DNA of 64,000 nucleotides from a virus (Duplodnaviria; Caudoviricetes). The notes under the pieces are model-generated. The model searched no databases. It was not told where the DNA came from and saw only the letters and a program-made list of their open reading frames with translations. A program made the position numbers and the translations under genes. This document shows, piece by piece, positions 48,553 to 56,690 of this stretch (positions within the stretch are counted from its first letter, which is position 1; each line of letters opens with the position of its first letter). The stretch lies in IMG/VR virus record IMGVR_UViG_3300050491_000011; one strand, given 5' to 3'.

Positions 48553-49359
48553 ATGGATACTCGAGTTCGCCACCGGCCTCAACTTGTCCACATCGTCAAG
48601 TACAAGAAGACTGGCCATTACTTCATCGTTATCAGCGCCACTCAAACACTCAACCTCGACTCCATCATTAAGCGTGTCCACGATGCTGAAGCGATGGGGC
48701 CTAAACGAAGCGTCATCAACTGGCCGTTGAAAGACTTCGCCGATACTCACGCACCTGTTGTTCCTGCTGACTTTGAAGTCACCACAATGAACGGGACGTT
48801 TGATACCAGTAAGGAAGCCGCTAAAGTCGCTACAGCGCTCGCGCAACTTGAACTCGGTACAAAGCTTCTGCTCAGCACTCAAGTCGTTGACAGGTCTGAA
48901 TGGGAAGCTTATGCGCCGGCTAAAGAACGGGTGATTCGTCGTCAGTTCGAAAGAGCCAACATCGATAACCTCTCAGCACCAACGGCTGCCCTTACATGGT
49001 TCGGTGAGTTCAAGCGCTCTAATGTAGAGACAGGTATCGTCGTCTGCAAGAAAGGCGTAGAAGGTAGTCTCGTGATGTGGGCGGCTAACAGCTCATTCAC
49101 GCTTCTGACGCCGGACGTTATCGAACAGTCGAATAAGTGCATTGCTGTCGAGAAGATCGTAATGATCTCCGTCTACCTCGATCTGGTATTCAAAGACACT
49201 CGCCGCTTCCATTCCGGTAACGTCATTAAGCCGATCAAGTTCGCTCACTTCGCACCTGATCTCGTTACAGCAATGTCTGAGCTTAAAGAGTATATCGCCG
49301 ATGTCCGGAGAAGTCATACCGGCGATAGCGAATACCCGTCGTACAAGCATTGGGGCTAA
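48553..49359 (+). CDS. hypothetical protein
   Basis: AAGGGGAG SD, 268 aa. Confidence 0.7.
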   Translation: MDTRVRHRPQLVHIVKYKKTGHYFIVISATQTLNLDSIIKRVHDAEAMGPKRSVINWPLKDFADTHAPVVPADFEVTTMNGTFDTSKEAAKVATALAQLELGTKLLLSTQVVDRSEWEAYAPAKERVIRRQFERANIDNLSAPTAALTWFGEFKRSNVETGIVVCKKGVEGSLVMWAANSSFTLLTPDVIEQSNKCIAVEKIVMISVYLDLVFKDTRRFHSGNVIKPIKFAHFAPDLVTAMSELKEYIADVRRSHTGDSEYPSYKHWG

Positions 49360-49646
49360 GTGTCATGGTTAGCCTCTCGCTGCAACTGTTCCGCGCAAGA
49401 CATTATTTCAAGATGCATGGCTTCCACGCTACATCCGAAGGACTACACGCCAAGATCGCTAGCAATGGCGTAAGGCAACGTGAGGTCAGTTTGTATACGT
49501 CTGAGTTCAAGACGTTGGCCTCTGAGAACTTCCAGCTGCGCAACTACGCCGAGGCGCTGGATGGGTTGAAACAATACGGCGTTACAATCGAACCCTGCCC
49601 AGAGCGGGGACTAAAAGCAATAACTGCACAGGGGACAGTAGAATGA
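49350..49646 (+). CDS. hypothetical protein
   Basis: ORF in operon; start uncertain. Confidence 0.5.
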   Translation: MGLSVMVSLSLQLFRARHYFKMHGFHATSEGLHAKIASNGVRQREVSLYTSEFKTLASENFQLRNYAEALDGLKQYGVTIEPCPERGLKAITAQGTVE

Positions 49647-50089
49647 GTAAGGTAAGCTTCCTTCCGCAACAAGTTGCATCTGGAATGTCGGTTCCGGTAA
49701 ACATGATCTCGCTGAACAGCCCGAACGATTTCACTCGGTTCTCTGTTGAGCACAAGCGTCTTCTGACGCTGAGTTTCTACCCGAACGACTATCAGGACAT
49801 GGGTGATAAAGGCCCGACTGAAGCAACCGCCAAAGCGATCGTCGACTTCATCGATAGCTGTAATGGTGAAGACATCGTGGTTCATTGTGGTGAAGGTCGT
49901 ATCCGTTCTGCTGCGGTGGCGAAGTTCATCTACCGATACTTCGATTACGATATGGACTGGGATGCTCCAGGATCTATCGGCACCACCGTCAACATGTCCA
50001 AACACCTCTACCGACTACTCGGTCGTTACTACGAGCCGATCAAGAAGGAACGTGAGGCAGCAGAACTGGCTAAGGAAGCTTCTGAATGA
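49643..50089 (+). CDS. protein-tyrosine/dual-specificity phosphatase-like protein
   Basis: HCGEGRIRS = HCx5R(S) signature. Confidence 0.75.
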   Translation: MSKVSFLPQQVASGMSVPVNMISLNSPNDFTRFSVEHKRLLTLSFYPNDYQDMGDKGPTEATAKAIVDFIDSCNGEDIVVHCGEGRIRSAAVAKFIYRYFDYDMDWDAPGSIGTTVNMSKHLYRLLGRYYEPIKKEREAAELAKEASE

Positions 50090-50310
50090 TCATGTACTGG
50101 GTAGTAGCTGCAATCACGGGCGTTCTCTGCGCGCTGATCTACTGGACTGTCCACTGGTACTCCCATCGGGGTAAGCTGGGTAACTGGCGTACCTACGTGG
50201 GGTTCAAGGGTTGGTTGCGCTGGGGGTGGAAAGCTCGTTGGAACATGGTCGTACTGTTACTCGCTGTAGCTGTGTTGCACTGGGTGACGATGCCGAAAGA
50301 TTTGATTTGA
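50086..50310 (+). CDS. small two-TM membrane protein
   Basis: Two hydrophobic segments flanking a Trp/Arg-rich loop. Confidence 0.65.
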   Translation: MIMYWVVAAITGVLCALIYWTVHWYSHRGKLGNWRTYVGFKGWLRWGWKARWNMVVLLLAVAVLHWVTMPKDLI

Positions 50311-50313
50311 CGG

Positions 50314-50349
50314 CATAGCGGCAGGGGGTGATTCCCCTGCCTTTTTTTT
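50314..50349 (+). terminator. intrinsic terminator preceded by CATAG
   Basis: GGCAGGGG..CCCCTGCC plus T8. Confidence 0.8.
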
Positions 50350-50368
50350 GTTAGTGTAGTTAACTTTA

Positions 50369-50387
50369 TTACAGTCATACATAGTCA
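50369..50387 (+). promoter_or_regulatory. TTACAGTCA-N5-AGTCA motif (copy 2)
   Basis: Matches 37106-37124. Confidence 0.5.
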
Positions 50388-50428
50388 GCTTACATAAACT
50401 GTATCATCAACGACCGTGGAGGTCTGTA

Positions 50429-50809
50429 ATGAGTATTGAATCCGCATTCAAAATTGGCCTCGGTGTAATCGGCCTTGGCATCGCTGCCGTAGGTTGTTAT
50501 AAATCGTACCAATCGTATCAGGAACAGAAGGACAAGACTGACCGCTCTCTCAAGGACTCTGATGAAAAGATCAAAGCAGCTCAAGCCAGAACTGAGCGGG
50601 CACGTAAAGATGCTGAGGAAAGTATTCGCCGTACCGGTGAGTGGCGCAAAGCTGATCAAGCTCGTCACGAAGAAGTGATGGCTGGTTACCGTAAAGACCA
50701 AGAGGAGTTGGATCGCTACAACGCGTTCTACAGTGACCTGCTTACCGAACTGGAAGCTGGTCGCGTTACTCCAGACGAAATGATGAACCGCATTAAGAAC
50801 TTTAAATAA
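50429..50809 (+). CDS. membrane-anchored coiled-coil protein
   Basis: N-terminal TM (IGLGVIGLGIAAVG) then charged helix. Confidence 0.7.
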   Translation: MSIESAFKIGLGVIGLGIAAVGCYKSYQSYQEQKDKTDRSLKDSDEKIKAAQARTERARKDAEESIRRTGEWRKADQARHEEVMAGYRKDQEELDRYNAFYSDLLTELEAGRVTPDEMMNRIKNFK

Positions 50810-50836
50810 TAGCAATCGGCCGGGGAGGCCTTTTAC

Positions 50837-51520
50837 GTGAAAAAGAACGAACTGAAGAAACTATATAACGATTACTTGGTGCGTGAGAATCTGCAAGCCC
50901 AAGATGCCGTTGTGGGTTTTGGTGGGGCTTTGGTAATGATGGGTCTTCGTAAGGAGACCAGTGATATCGATCTTGACGTGACTCCGTACTTCTACGAAGT
51001 CAATCGTCGTCGTGGATATCCAACTCACGAAGGGATGTTCGGGAAATGCATTGATGTTAATGCGTACATCTCGCTTCACGCTGGCGTTACGTTTAAGCCT
51101 GTGTGTATCGATGGGGTTTACTGCCATGCTCCTGAAGCCCTCTTGGCTCTCAAGCGCAGGCTGACAATATACGTGGGTCGGTCACCTGAGAAGTTCGCCC
51201 AAGACTTGGAGGATATCAAAGCCCTGGAGAAGCACATGGGAATTGGTCATCCTCAAATGGAGCGTCCTGTTCCGGGTAGTTCAGCTGATCTCCTGATGGG
51301 TATGCAACTTAACCATCTGGAAGAACTTTACTACGAGCGTCTTCTGCGCCACCATTGGAACTTCCGCTCCGGTATGAAGTACCAACAAGATCTGAAGACC
51401 GATCGACTGCTATCGGAAGATGCGGCTAAGTGGAAAGGTAATTACCTCGTCCTACTGAACCGCTTCCGTTACCGTCATCGTAAGGAACAAGCAAAGCTGC
51501 AACTGCAACAATCCGCTTGA
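50837..51520 (+). CDS. Pol-beta-superfamily nucleotidyltransferase-like protein
   Basis: GFGGALVMMGLRKETSDIDLDV = hG[GS]x9-13DxD signature. Confidence 0.65.
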   Translation: MKKNELKKLYNDYLVRENLQAQDAVVGFGGALVMMGLRKETSDIDLDVTPYFYEVNRRRGYPTHEGMFGKCIDVNAYISLHAGVTFKPVCIDGVYCHAPEALLALKRRLTIYVGRSPEKFAQDLEDIKALEKHMGIGHPQMERPVPGSSADLLMGMQLNHLEELYYERLLRHHWNFRSGMKYQQDLKTDRLLSEDAAKWKGNYLVLLNRFRYRHRKEQAKLQLQQSA

Positions 51521-51585
51521 GTGATCGGGGAGCTTCGGCTCCCCTTTGACTTACCTTTTCTTTTGCCTAAATAAGAAGCCAACGT

Positions 51586-52137
51586 ATGTCTAAGAAAGCA
51601 CGCATCGCCATGATTCTGGCCTCCACGATCAATGGTGAGATCGGTTACAAGAACACCATCCCGTGGAAGCTGAAAGGCGATCTCCCGCGCTTCAAGGATC
51701 TAACCACTGGTAACGTCCTGATCATGGGGCGCAGTAGCTACGAATCGCTTCCAGGTCCTCTGAAGGATCGGATCGTTATCGTCCTCACTCGTGATCCGGC
51801 ATTCGCATCTGAAGTCCATGATCCAGAGAACAAGGTCTACAGCGCCAGCAGCCTTCCTGAGGCTATCGAGAACGCACGTTCGTTTAAGACCCCGATCATC
51901 TTCCTCGCTGGTGGCGCTTCGATCTACGAAGAAGGCATGGGGCTTGCAGACTACGTTTACCTGACGTTGGTTCACAAGTCCGCGCCGAAGTACGACACCC
52001 GCGTTAAGAACATGCGCTTCCCTGAAGACGTCTGGACGCAGGTCGAGTTCAAGCACGTATTCGAACCAGATGCTGAGTTCCCTGAACTCCGCGTCCCATC
52101 ACACACCTACCACACCTTTGAACGTATCGAGAAATAA
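51586..52137 (+). CDS. folA: dihydrofolate reductase
   Basis: IG..NTIPWKLKGDLPRFK, LIMGR.SYESL, L.DR..IVLTR, GGASIYE, YLTLVH. Confidence 0.95.
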   Translation: MSKKARIAMILASTINGEIGYKNTIPWKLKGDLPRFKDLTTGNVLIMGRSSYESLPGPLKDRIVIVLTRDPAFASEVHDPENKVYSASSLPEAIENARSFKTPIIFLAGGASIYEEGMGLADYVYLTLVHKSAPKYDTRVKNMRFPEDVWTQVEFKHVFEPDAEFPELRVPSHTYHTFERIEK

Positions 52138-52146
52138 GGACATCCA

Positions 52147-52968
52147 ATGCTTAACATCCCTAGCTACCTGATTGACACCTGCTTTGCCTTTACCGGTAAA
52201 GGCTGGTATCCGCTCCACATGCTGGCCATGGAAACCAGTCCTAACCGTATCAACGTCATCGTTACGGTTGCTAACGTGAAGATGATGCCTCACAGCTTCC
52301 CGTTTGAGGTCATGACTTCTCAGGAGCTGAAGAAGCGCACTTTGTGGGAGCGCGTTAAACAGTTCTTCCTGAAGTTGGTCGGTAAGACGGATATCGAAAC
52401 CCGTCCTGTTGATCCGGCCAAGCCTGAGTTCACCGTTGAATTCATGCCGCTCGAAGATCTGCTCGATGATCTGGCCAACAGTAAGGCTCGCGCCGCTGAG
52501 ATCGCCAGCTACGCCGACGTGTCCAGCCAACTCTGGATGGGTAGTCCGTTTGAAGACGATCCTCGGTTTGCTCAGATGTACGAAGGTTTCCACAACCAAC
52601 TGATGGCTGCCGCTGCACTGGGCGTCAACTGGGTCGTGGTTGAAAGCGAGTACATCAATCAGGCGTTCTACCATCGGGACAACTTCCGTAAGCACGTCGA
52701 AGCTGTGGTGCGTTCCCGCTACGCCTTCTTCTGCAAGTCGGTCTGCTTTGACCTGACCCACGCTATCAGTTATCTGCCAGCGAATATTCAACCAACCGCC
52801 AGAGCGGTATTGGGGTATGAGCTTTACTCCCGCGCTGATGAAGCGAACCTGTTGGCGTACTGCAACCGCGTGACTGAGAATGGTCCTAAGGATCAGCATC
52901 TCTTCACCGAGGGCGTTACGAAGGTGTTCTGGGATATGTTGAATGAGTATCGGCTGCTCGTGAAGTAA
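52147..52968 (+). CDS. hypothetical protein
   Basis: AAGGA SD, 273 aa. Confidence 0.7.
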   Translation: MLNIPSYLIDTCFAFTGKGWYPLHMLAMETSPNRINVIVTVANVKMMPHSFPFEVMTSQELKKRTLWERVKQFFLKLVGKTDIETRPVDPAKPEFTVEFMPLEDLLDDLANSKARAAEIASYADVSSQLWMGSPFEDDPRFAQMYEGFHNQLMAAAALGVNWVVVESEYINQAFYHRDNFRKHVEAVVRSRYAFFCKSVCFDLTHAISYLPANIQPTARAVLGYELYSRADEANLLAYCNRVTENGPKDQHLFTEGVTKVFWDMLNEYRLLVK

Positions 52969-52975
52969 CTGACGG

Positions 52976-53006
52976 CATACAGAGGCGGGGATTCCCGCCT
53001 CTTATG
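52976..53006 (+). terminator. CATAC-hairpin-TATG element
   Basis: AGAGGCGGG-GATT-CCCGCCTCT. Confidence 0.7.
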
Positions 53007-53031
53007 TCATGCGCTATAAATAAATTCAGTA

Positions 53032-53040
53032 ACACATTAC
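53032..53040 (+). promoter_or_regulatory. putative early promoter motif ACACATTAC
   Basis: Intergenic, AAATAAAT upstream. Confidence 0.55.
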
Positions 53041-53080
53041 ACACTTGAATCCACAACAACATTAGGAGTCCTCAGCAATA

Positions 53081-53188
53081 ATGGATAAGCTACAAAGCTT
53101 TGCAAAGGTTGCAGTTACCGTACTAGGCTTGGCCGTCGCATTAGTGATGGTTAAGGTTGTAATCGAAATAGCACGCCACGGCGTTTAA
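53081..53188 (+). CDS. 35-aa single-TM peptide (not in ORF track)
   Basis: AGGAG upstream; MDKLQSFAKVAVTVLGLAVALVMVKVVIEIARHGV. Confidence 0.6.
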   Translation: MDKLQSFAKVAVTVLGLAVALVMVKVVIEIARHGV

Positions 53189-53210
53189 TATTGCAGATAG
53201 GAGTTAACAC

Positions 53211-53759
53211 ATGCTAAGTAAATCCCTTTACAACGAGGCTTGGGAACGAGTCTGTCGTGAACAAGTTGATCTTGTTCCAGTAGCTTTCTGTAATTACAAG
53301 GTCGCCATTGACGATGCGATGGTCATCGCCAAAGCAACTACCCATGCCGACGGCAAGCAGTTCATTGGACGTCGCTTGGCTGGCGAGTGGGAAGAAGGCC
53401 GTTACATCCTGTTCCAAGGGAAGTACGGCACCATCGTGGTCTGCTGGAAGACTAACGATGACACTGGAGTCTGGTTGGTCAAGTCTCCGGAATACGAATT
53501 CACCGGATTCGCTGACTATATTCAGCACGTCCGGGACCTTGAAGCTATGATTGTCGAAGCAGTAGCATTCGGCTTCAAGCTTGAAGGGGTAACATTCTGG
53601 TACGACAGCACTTACCGCAAGATCACCAAACGGGAAACTCCGGGTAACTTCGATTCGCTGCGCGTTATGCAGCGGTTGATGGCAACGATTAAGCCCGGCC
53701 TCGATGTACTCAAACGTCTACACCAACCTTTCGCTGAATCAGTAGGAGAAGCTGCATGA
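53211..53759 (+). CDS. hypothetical protein
   Basis: AGGAG SD. Confidence 0.7.
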   Translation: MLSKSLYNEAWERVCREQVDLVPVAFCNYKVAIDDAMVIAKATTHADGKQFIGRRLAGEWEEGRYILFQGKYGTIVVCWKTNDDTGVWLVKSPEYEFTGFADYIQHVRDLEAMIVEAVAFGFKLEGVTFWYDSTYRKITKRETPGNFDSLRVMQRLMATIKPGLDVLKRLHQPFAESVGEAA

Positions 53760-54127
53760 GCATTGCACAACAAAACCACGAAGCGCTGGCTACCCTGAAG
53801 AAGGCGATGGCTGAGAACCCAACCCCGGCGCATCAGTACAAGCCCGTCATCGAACGCGCTATCTACGAGACCACCAAGAACCGCATCAGCAGTAAGGTCT
53901 ACGTGGAGCGTGTGAAGAAGGATCAGGTTATCATCAAGCGTGATAAAGACGCTAAAGATAGCTCGACCATCTCTCGTGCCAAGTTCCAGGTTTTCTACCA
54001 TCTGGACTCGCTGCCAGAAGGTTGGGAACCATCCGCCGATATCTGTGCGGCGATGGAAGGCATCATGAAGTTCGCCACCACCTTGGCGGAAATCAAGAAG
54101 CGCGTTGCGGAGTCGTCCAATGCGTAG
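53756..54127 (+). CDS. hypothetical protein
   Basis: AGGAG SD, ATGA overlap. Confidence 0.7.
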   Translation: MSIAQQNHEALATLKKAMAENPTPAHQYKPVIERAIYETTKNRISSKVYVERVKKDQVIIKRDKDAKDSSTISRAKFQVFYHLDSLPEGWEPSADICAAMEGIMKFATTLAEIKKRVAESSNA

Positions 54128-54629
54128 CCCGATCGTTGAAATGTACGCTGACAGCGATGACGAGATTGCCATGCCTTGGGAGATAGCTGTGTCTATGTTC
54201 CGTATGCATCTGGCTAGCCGGATGCTCCGACGCGGCATGAGTGTCCTTGAGATCACGACCAAGCTCAATGAATGCAAAGACACCACTCTCCTGACTGAGC
54301 TCATCAATGAGTTGTTCTCAGAAGAAGAGAATCCTCCTAAGTGCAGTCTCGTGATCGGCGATCGGCAGTATGATTCGACTATGTCGCTGAAAGCTGTCCA
54401 TGATGAAGGTGTCATCGTTGTTATGACTCGCGGCCCTCGCGGTCCTGCATTCAATCCAAGCGTACACACCCTTGACGAAGTCGCTACGGCGATCACCGAA
54501 GCTTATCCAGACTACAATGTCTGGACTGACAGCGTTAGTCGCATCTATGTGGATGAGGGTGACGATGATCCAAACCTGATGAGTCCGAGAGACGCTTATC
54601 AGAAGTACATCATCGACGCTGGTAAATGA
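54120..54629 (+). CDS. hypothetical protein
   Basis: GGAG SD before ATG 54120. Confidence 0.65.
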   Translation: MRSPIVEMYADSDDEIAMPWEIAVSMFRMHLASRMLRRGMSVLEITTKLNECKDTTLLTELINELFSEEENPPKCSLVIGDRQYDSTMSLKAVHDEGVIVVMTRGPRGPAFNPSVHTLDEVATAITEAYPDYNVWTDSVSRIYVDEGDDDPNLMSPRDAYQKYIIDAGK

Positions 54630-54686
54630 ATTCCCAACAATTCCGTTGGGTTTAATAAAGCGCCACACGGCGTGTAAGGAAGTCAC

Positions 54687-55160
54687 ATGACTATAAACAC
54701 TACCGCAAAAACAACCACAGGTATCAACGACAACACACGTGTCCTGAATTACCTGATCACTGTAGCGCAAGAGCAACGCACTACGACTTACGAAGAACTC
54801 GCCCAGGCTTGCGATCTGCCATGTCACGGAAACGTGATGGCGATGCGGTTAGGCCTTATCTTGACCGATATCTTCGAGTGGTGCGCTGCTAATCACTGGC
54901 CTGTAATGACTTCGCTGGTTGTGCGTAAGTCTGGTCAGGATCACGGTATCCCTGGTAAAGGCTTCTGGGTGCTTGCCCAGCGCTTTGAAAACGATCCTGC
55001 AACGATGACATGGTCTCCGTCTCTAGGCGCGTTGGTGGACGCTCCTAAGTCGATCCGTATCGCGATTGCAGCTTCGTACCAGATCCGGTGCTACAGTTTG
55101 TTCGCAACACTGAAAGCCCGCAGCAACACTGACACAATGCTGGAAGCACACAACGCTTGA
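54687..55160 (+). CDS. putative winged-helix DNA-binding protein
   Basis: TTYEELA...LG.IL..I...C.....P.MTSLVVRK...PGKGF pattern. Confidence 0.5.
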   Translation: MTINTTAKTTTGINDNTRVLNYLITVAQEQRTTTYEELAQACDLPCHGNVMAMRLGLILTDIFEWCAANHWPVMTSLVVRKSGQDHGIPGKGFWVLAQRFENDPATMTWSPSLGALVDAPKSIRIAIAASYQIRCYSLFATLKARSNTDTMLEAHNA

Positions 55161-55227
55161 GTGTGAGGCAGGGGAGCTTCGGCTCCTCTGTCATTTACCT
55201 TTCTTCTTTTTTGTTGAGGTAGTTTTT

Positions 55228-55686
55228 ATGGAATTCCGTTTCAGGCCGGGTAGCTACAAGATTGAAGTCGTGGCTGTATCTCACGATAACCAACAGGTCT
55301 TCATGGATCTGGAAGGTGGTGAGACGTTTACCCTCGGTGGTACATGTTCGTTGCCACAAGTTGGTGACCACGTCATTGTGCGCGATACAGAGGCGGGGTT
55401 GGTAGTCACCATCGAGACTTCTGAAGATCCGGCGGTCAGAGTCAAGGATCTGATGGATACATGGCAGGAGATTGGTTACCATCGCTTACGCCGTCTGACC
55501 TACGAGCTGAAAGGCTTTAGTAGTTTGATGGATGATGAACAAGCCGCTATCTTCGCCGGGTTGCCTAATGCCATTGCTGTCGGGATGTTCATTGAAGAAT
55601 GCAAACATCGGAATGCTTACAGACATGAGCAGAAATACGTTCGAGCGATCCGTGAAGTTGCTAAGGCTCACCACCTGTTATCGTAA
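55228..55686 (+). CDS. hypothetical protein
   Basis: GAGG SD. Confidence 0.7.
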   Translation: MEFRFRPGSYKIEVVAVSHDNQQVFMDLEGGETFTLGGTCSLPQVGDHVIVRDTEAGLVVTIETSEDPAVRVKDLMDTWQEIGYHRLRRLTYELKGFSSLMDDEQAAIFAGLPNAIAVGMFIEECKHRNAYRHEQKYVRAIREVAKAHHLLS

Positions 55687-55721
55687 CATCCGTAAAAAGT
55701 TACGGAAGTAGTAAATAAGAT

Positions 55722-55795
55722 GTTCGAACAGCGCCGCGCGTAGCCGCCTCTTCGTAGTGCCGCCGCCCTCTGGGCATTTCGCGGCCTGTTCGAAC
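55722..55795 (+). ncRNA. GC-rich stem-loop RNA leading the tRNA array
   Basis: GTTCGAACAG/CTGTTCGAAC plus GCCGCG/CGCGGC closing stems. Confidence 0.45.
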
Positions 55796-55800
55796 TCTAT

Positions 55801-55877
55801 TCCGCGATAGCTCAGTTTGGTAGAGCAAACGGCTGTTAACCGTTGGGTCCCTGGTTCGAGTCCAGGTCGTGGAGCCA
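55801..55877 (+). tRNA. trnN: tRNA-Asn(GTT)
   Basis: Full cloverleaf; AACGG-CT GTT AA-CCGTT; encoded CCA. Confidence 0.95.
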
Positions 55878-55892
55878 CTTTCTAGTTGTAAT

Positions 55893-55969
55893 GGTGAACT
55901 TAGCTCAGTTGGTAGAGCAGCGGCAGGCTTAGCTGTGTGTCCTAGGTTCGATTCCTGGAGTTCACCCCA
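55893..55969 (+). ncRNA. tRNA-like RNA with G-1:C73 and non-canonical anticodon loop
   Basis: Normal D, T and acceptor arms and CCA; loop AGGCTTA lacks U33 and purine 37. Confidence 0.75.
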
Positions 55970-56009
55970 ATTCCCCAGCATGGATGCATAGATCGAGGTT
56001 TATACATCC

Positions 56010-56684
56010 ATGTCCGTAGATATCAGTACCTATCTGATCGCTACACCGCTTCCAGTATCTGAAACTAATCCAGTCGCCTTAGAGCTGCTTGGATCTCTGG
56101 CATTGATTCAATGTCCTGAGGTTGTTTCTATGCTCGAGGACGGATCTGTTCAATTCACCGCACCTACTAAAGGTGCGTCTAGTAAGAGTACTCACCGTAC
56201 TCGAACTGAATGGAAGGAACCAGAGTACTGGGCGTTGTCTAGCGCAGCTAAACACTGGAGCCGGCAGACGATGACTGTTACTAAAGTCAACTCTGCTCAG
56301 AAGGTGGTGGTTGCACAGATTCATGTCAAGGATGCTACAACGCCTCCTTTGAAAGTGTTCTGGAACAAAGGTAAGTTGACGATGGGTTTCCGCGGTAGTT
56401 TCGCTGATCCTACAATCGTTAACTATACGCTTCACACTGACGTACCCTTGGGCGTTCCGTTCAAGATCAGTATCGGTGTGACAGCCAGCGGTTCAGTGTC
56501 TGTCAACGCGTCATGTCAAGGTGTTCCTTCTCTGAAGAACGCGTTGAAGTTGAGCAGCACTTGGTTTGACCGGGTCTTGCAGTTCCATGGTGGCGTCTAC
56601 AACCAAGTCGACTACACCGACCTTACCTCTGACGAGGATGGTTCGATCTGCATTATCAGTGAGTTGTCTACAACTCACGAATGA
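56010..56684 (+). CDS. polysaccharide lyase family 7 (alginate lyase-like)
   Basis: RTEWKE, QIH and FHGGVYNQ correspond to the PL7 RxELR, QIH and YxKxGxYxQ motifs. Confidence 0.8.
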   Translation: MSVDISTYLIATPLPVSETNPVALELLGSLALIQCPEVVSMLEDGSVQFTAPTKGASSKSTHRTRTEWKEPEYWALSSAAKHWSRQTMTVTKVNSAQKVVVAQIHVKDATTPPLKVFWNKGKLTMGFRGSFADPTIVNYTLHTDVPLGVPFKISIGVTASGSVSVNASCQGVPSLKNALKLSSTWFDRVLQFHGGVYNQVDYTDLTSDEDGSICIISELSTTHE

Positions 56685-56690
56685 TTCAAT

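Noticed and set aside
48553-49359. GIY-YIG endonuclease
   Set aside because: The N-terminus has a faint resemblance (IVKYKKTGHYFIV) but the GIY/YIG, Arg and Glu signature residues are not recognisable
55893-55969. Ochre suppressor or recoded genetic code (TTA in loop)
   Set aside because: TTA sits at positions 36-38, not 34-36, and genes read normally with all three stop codons
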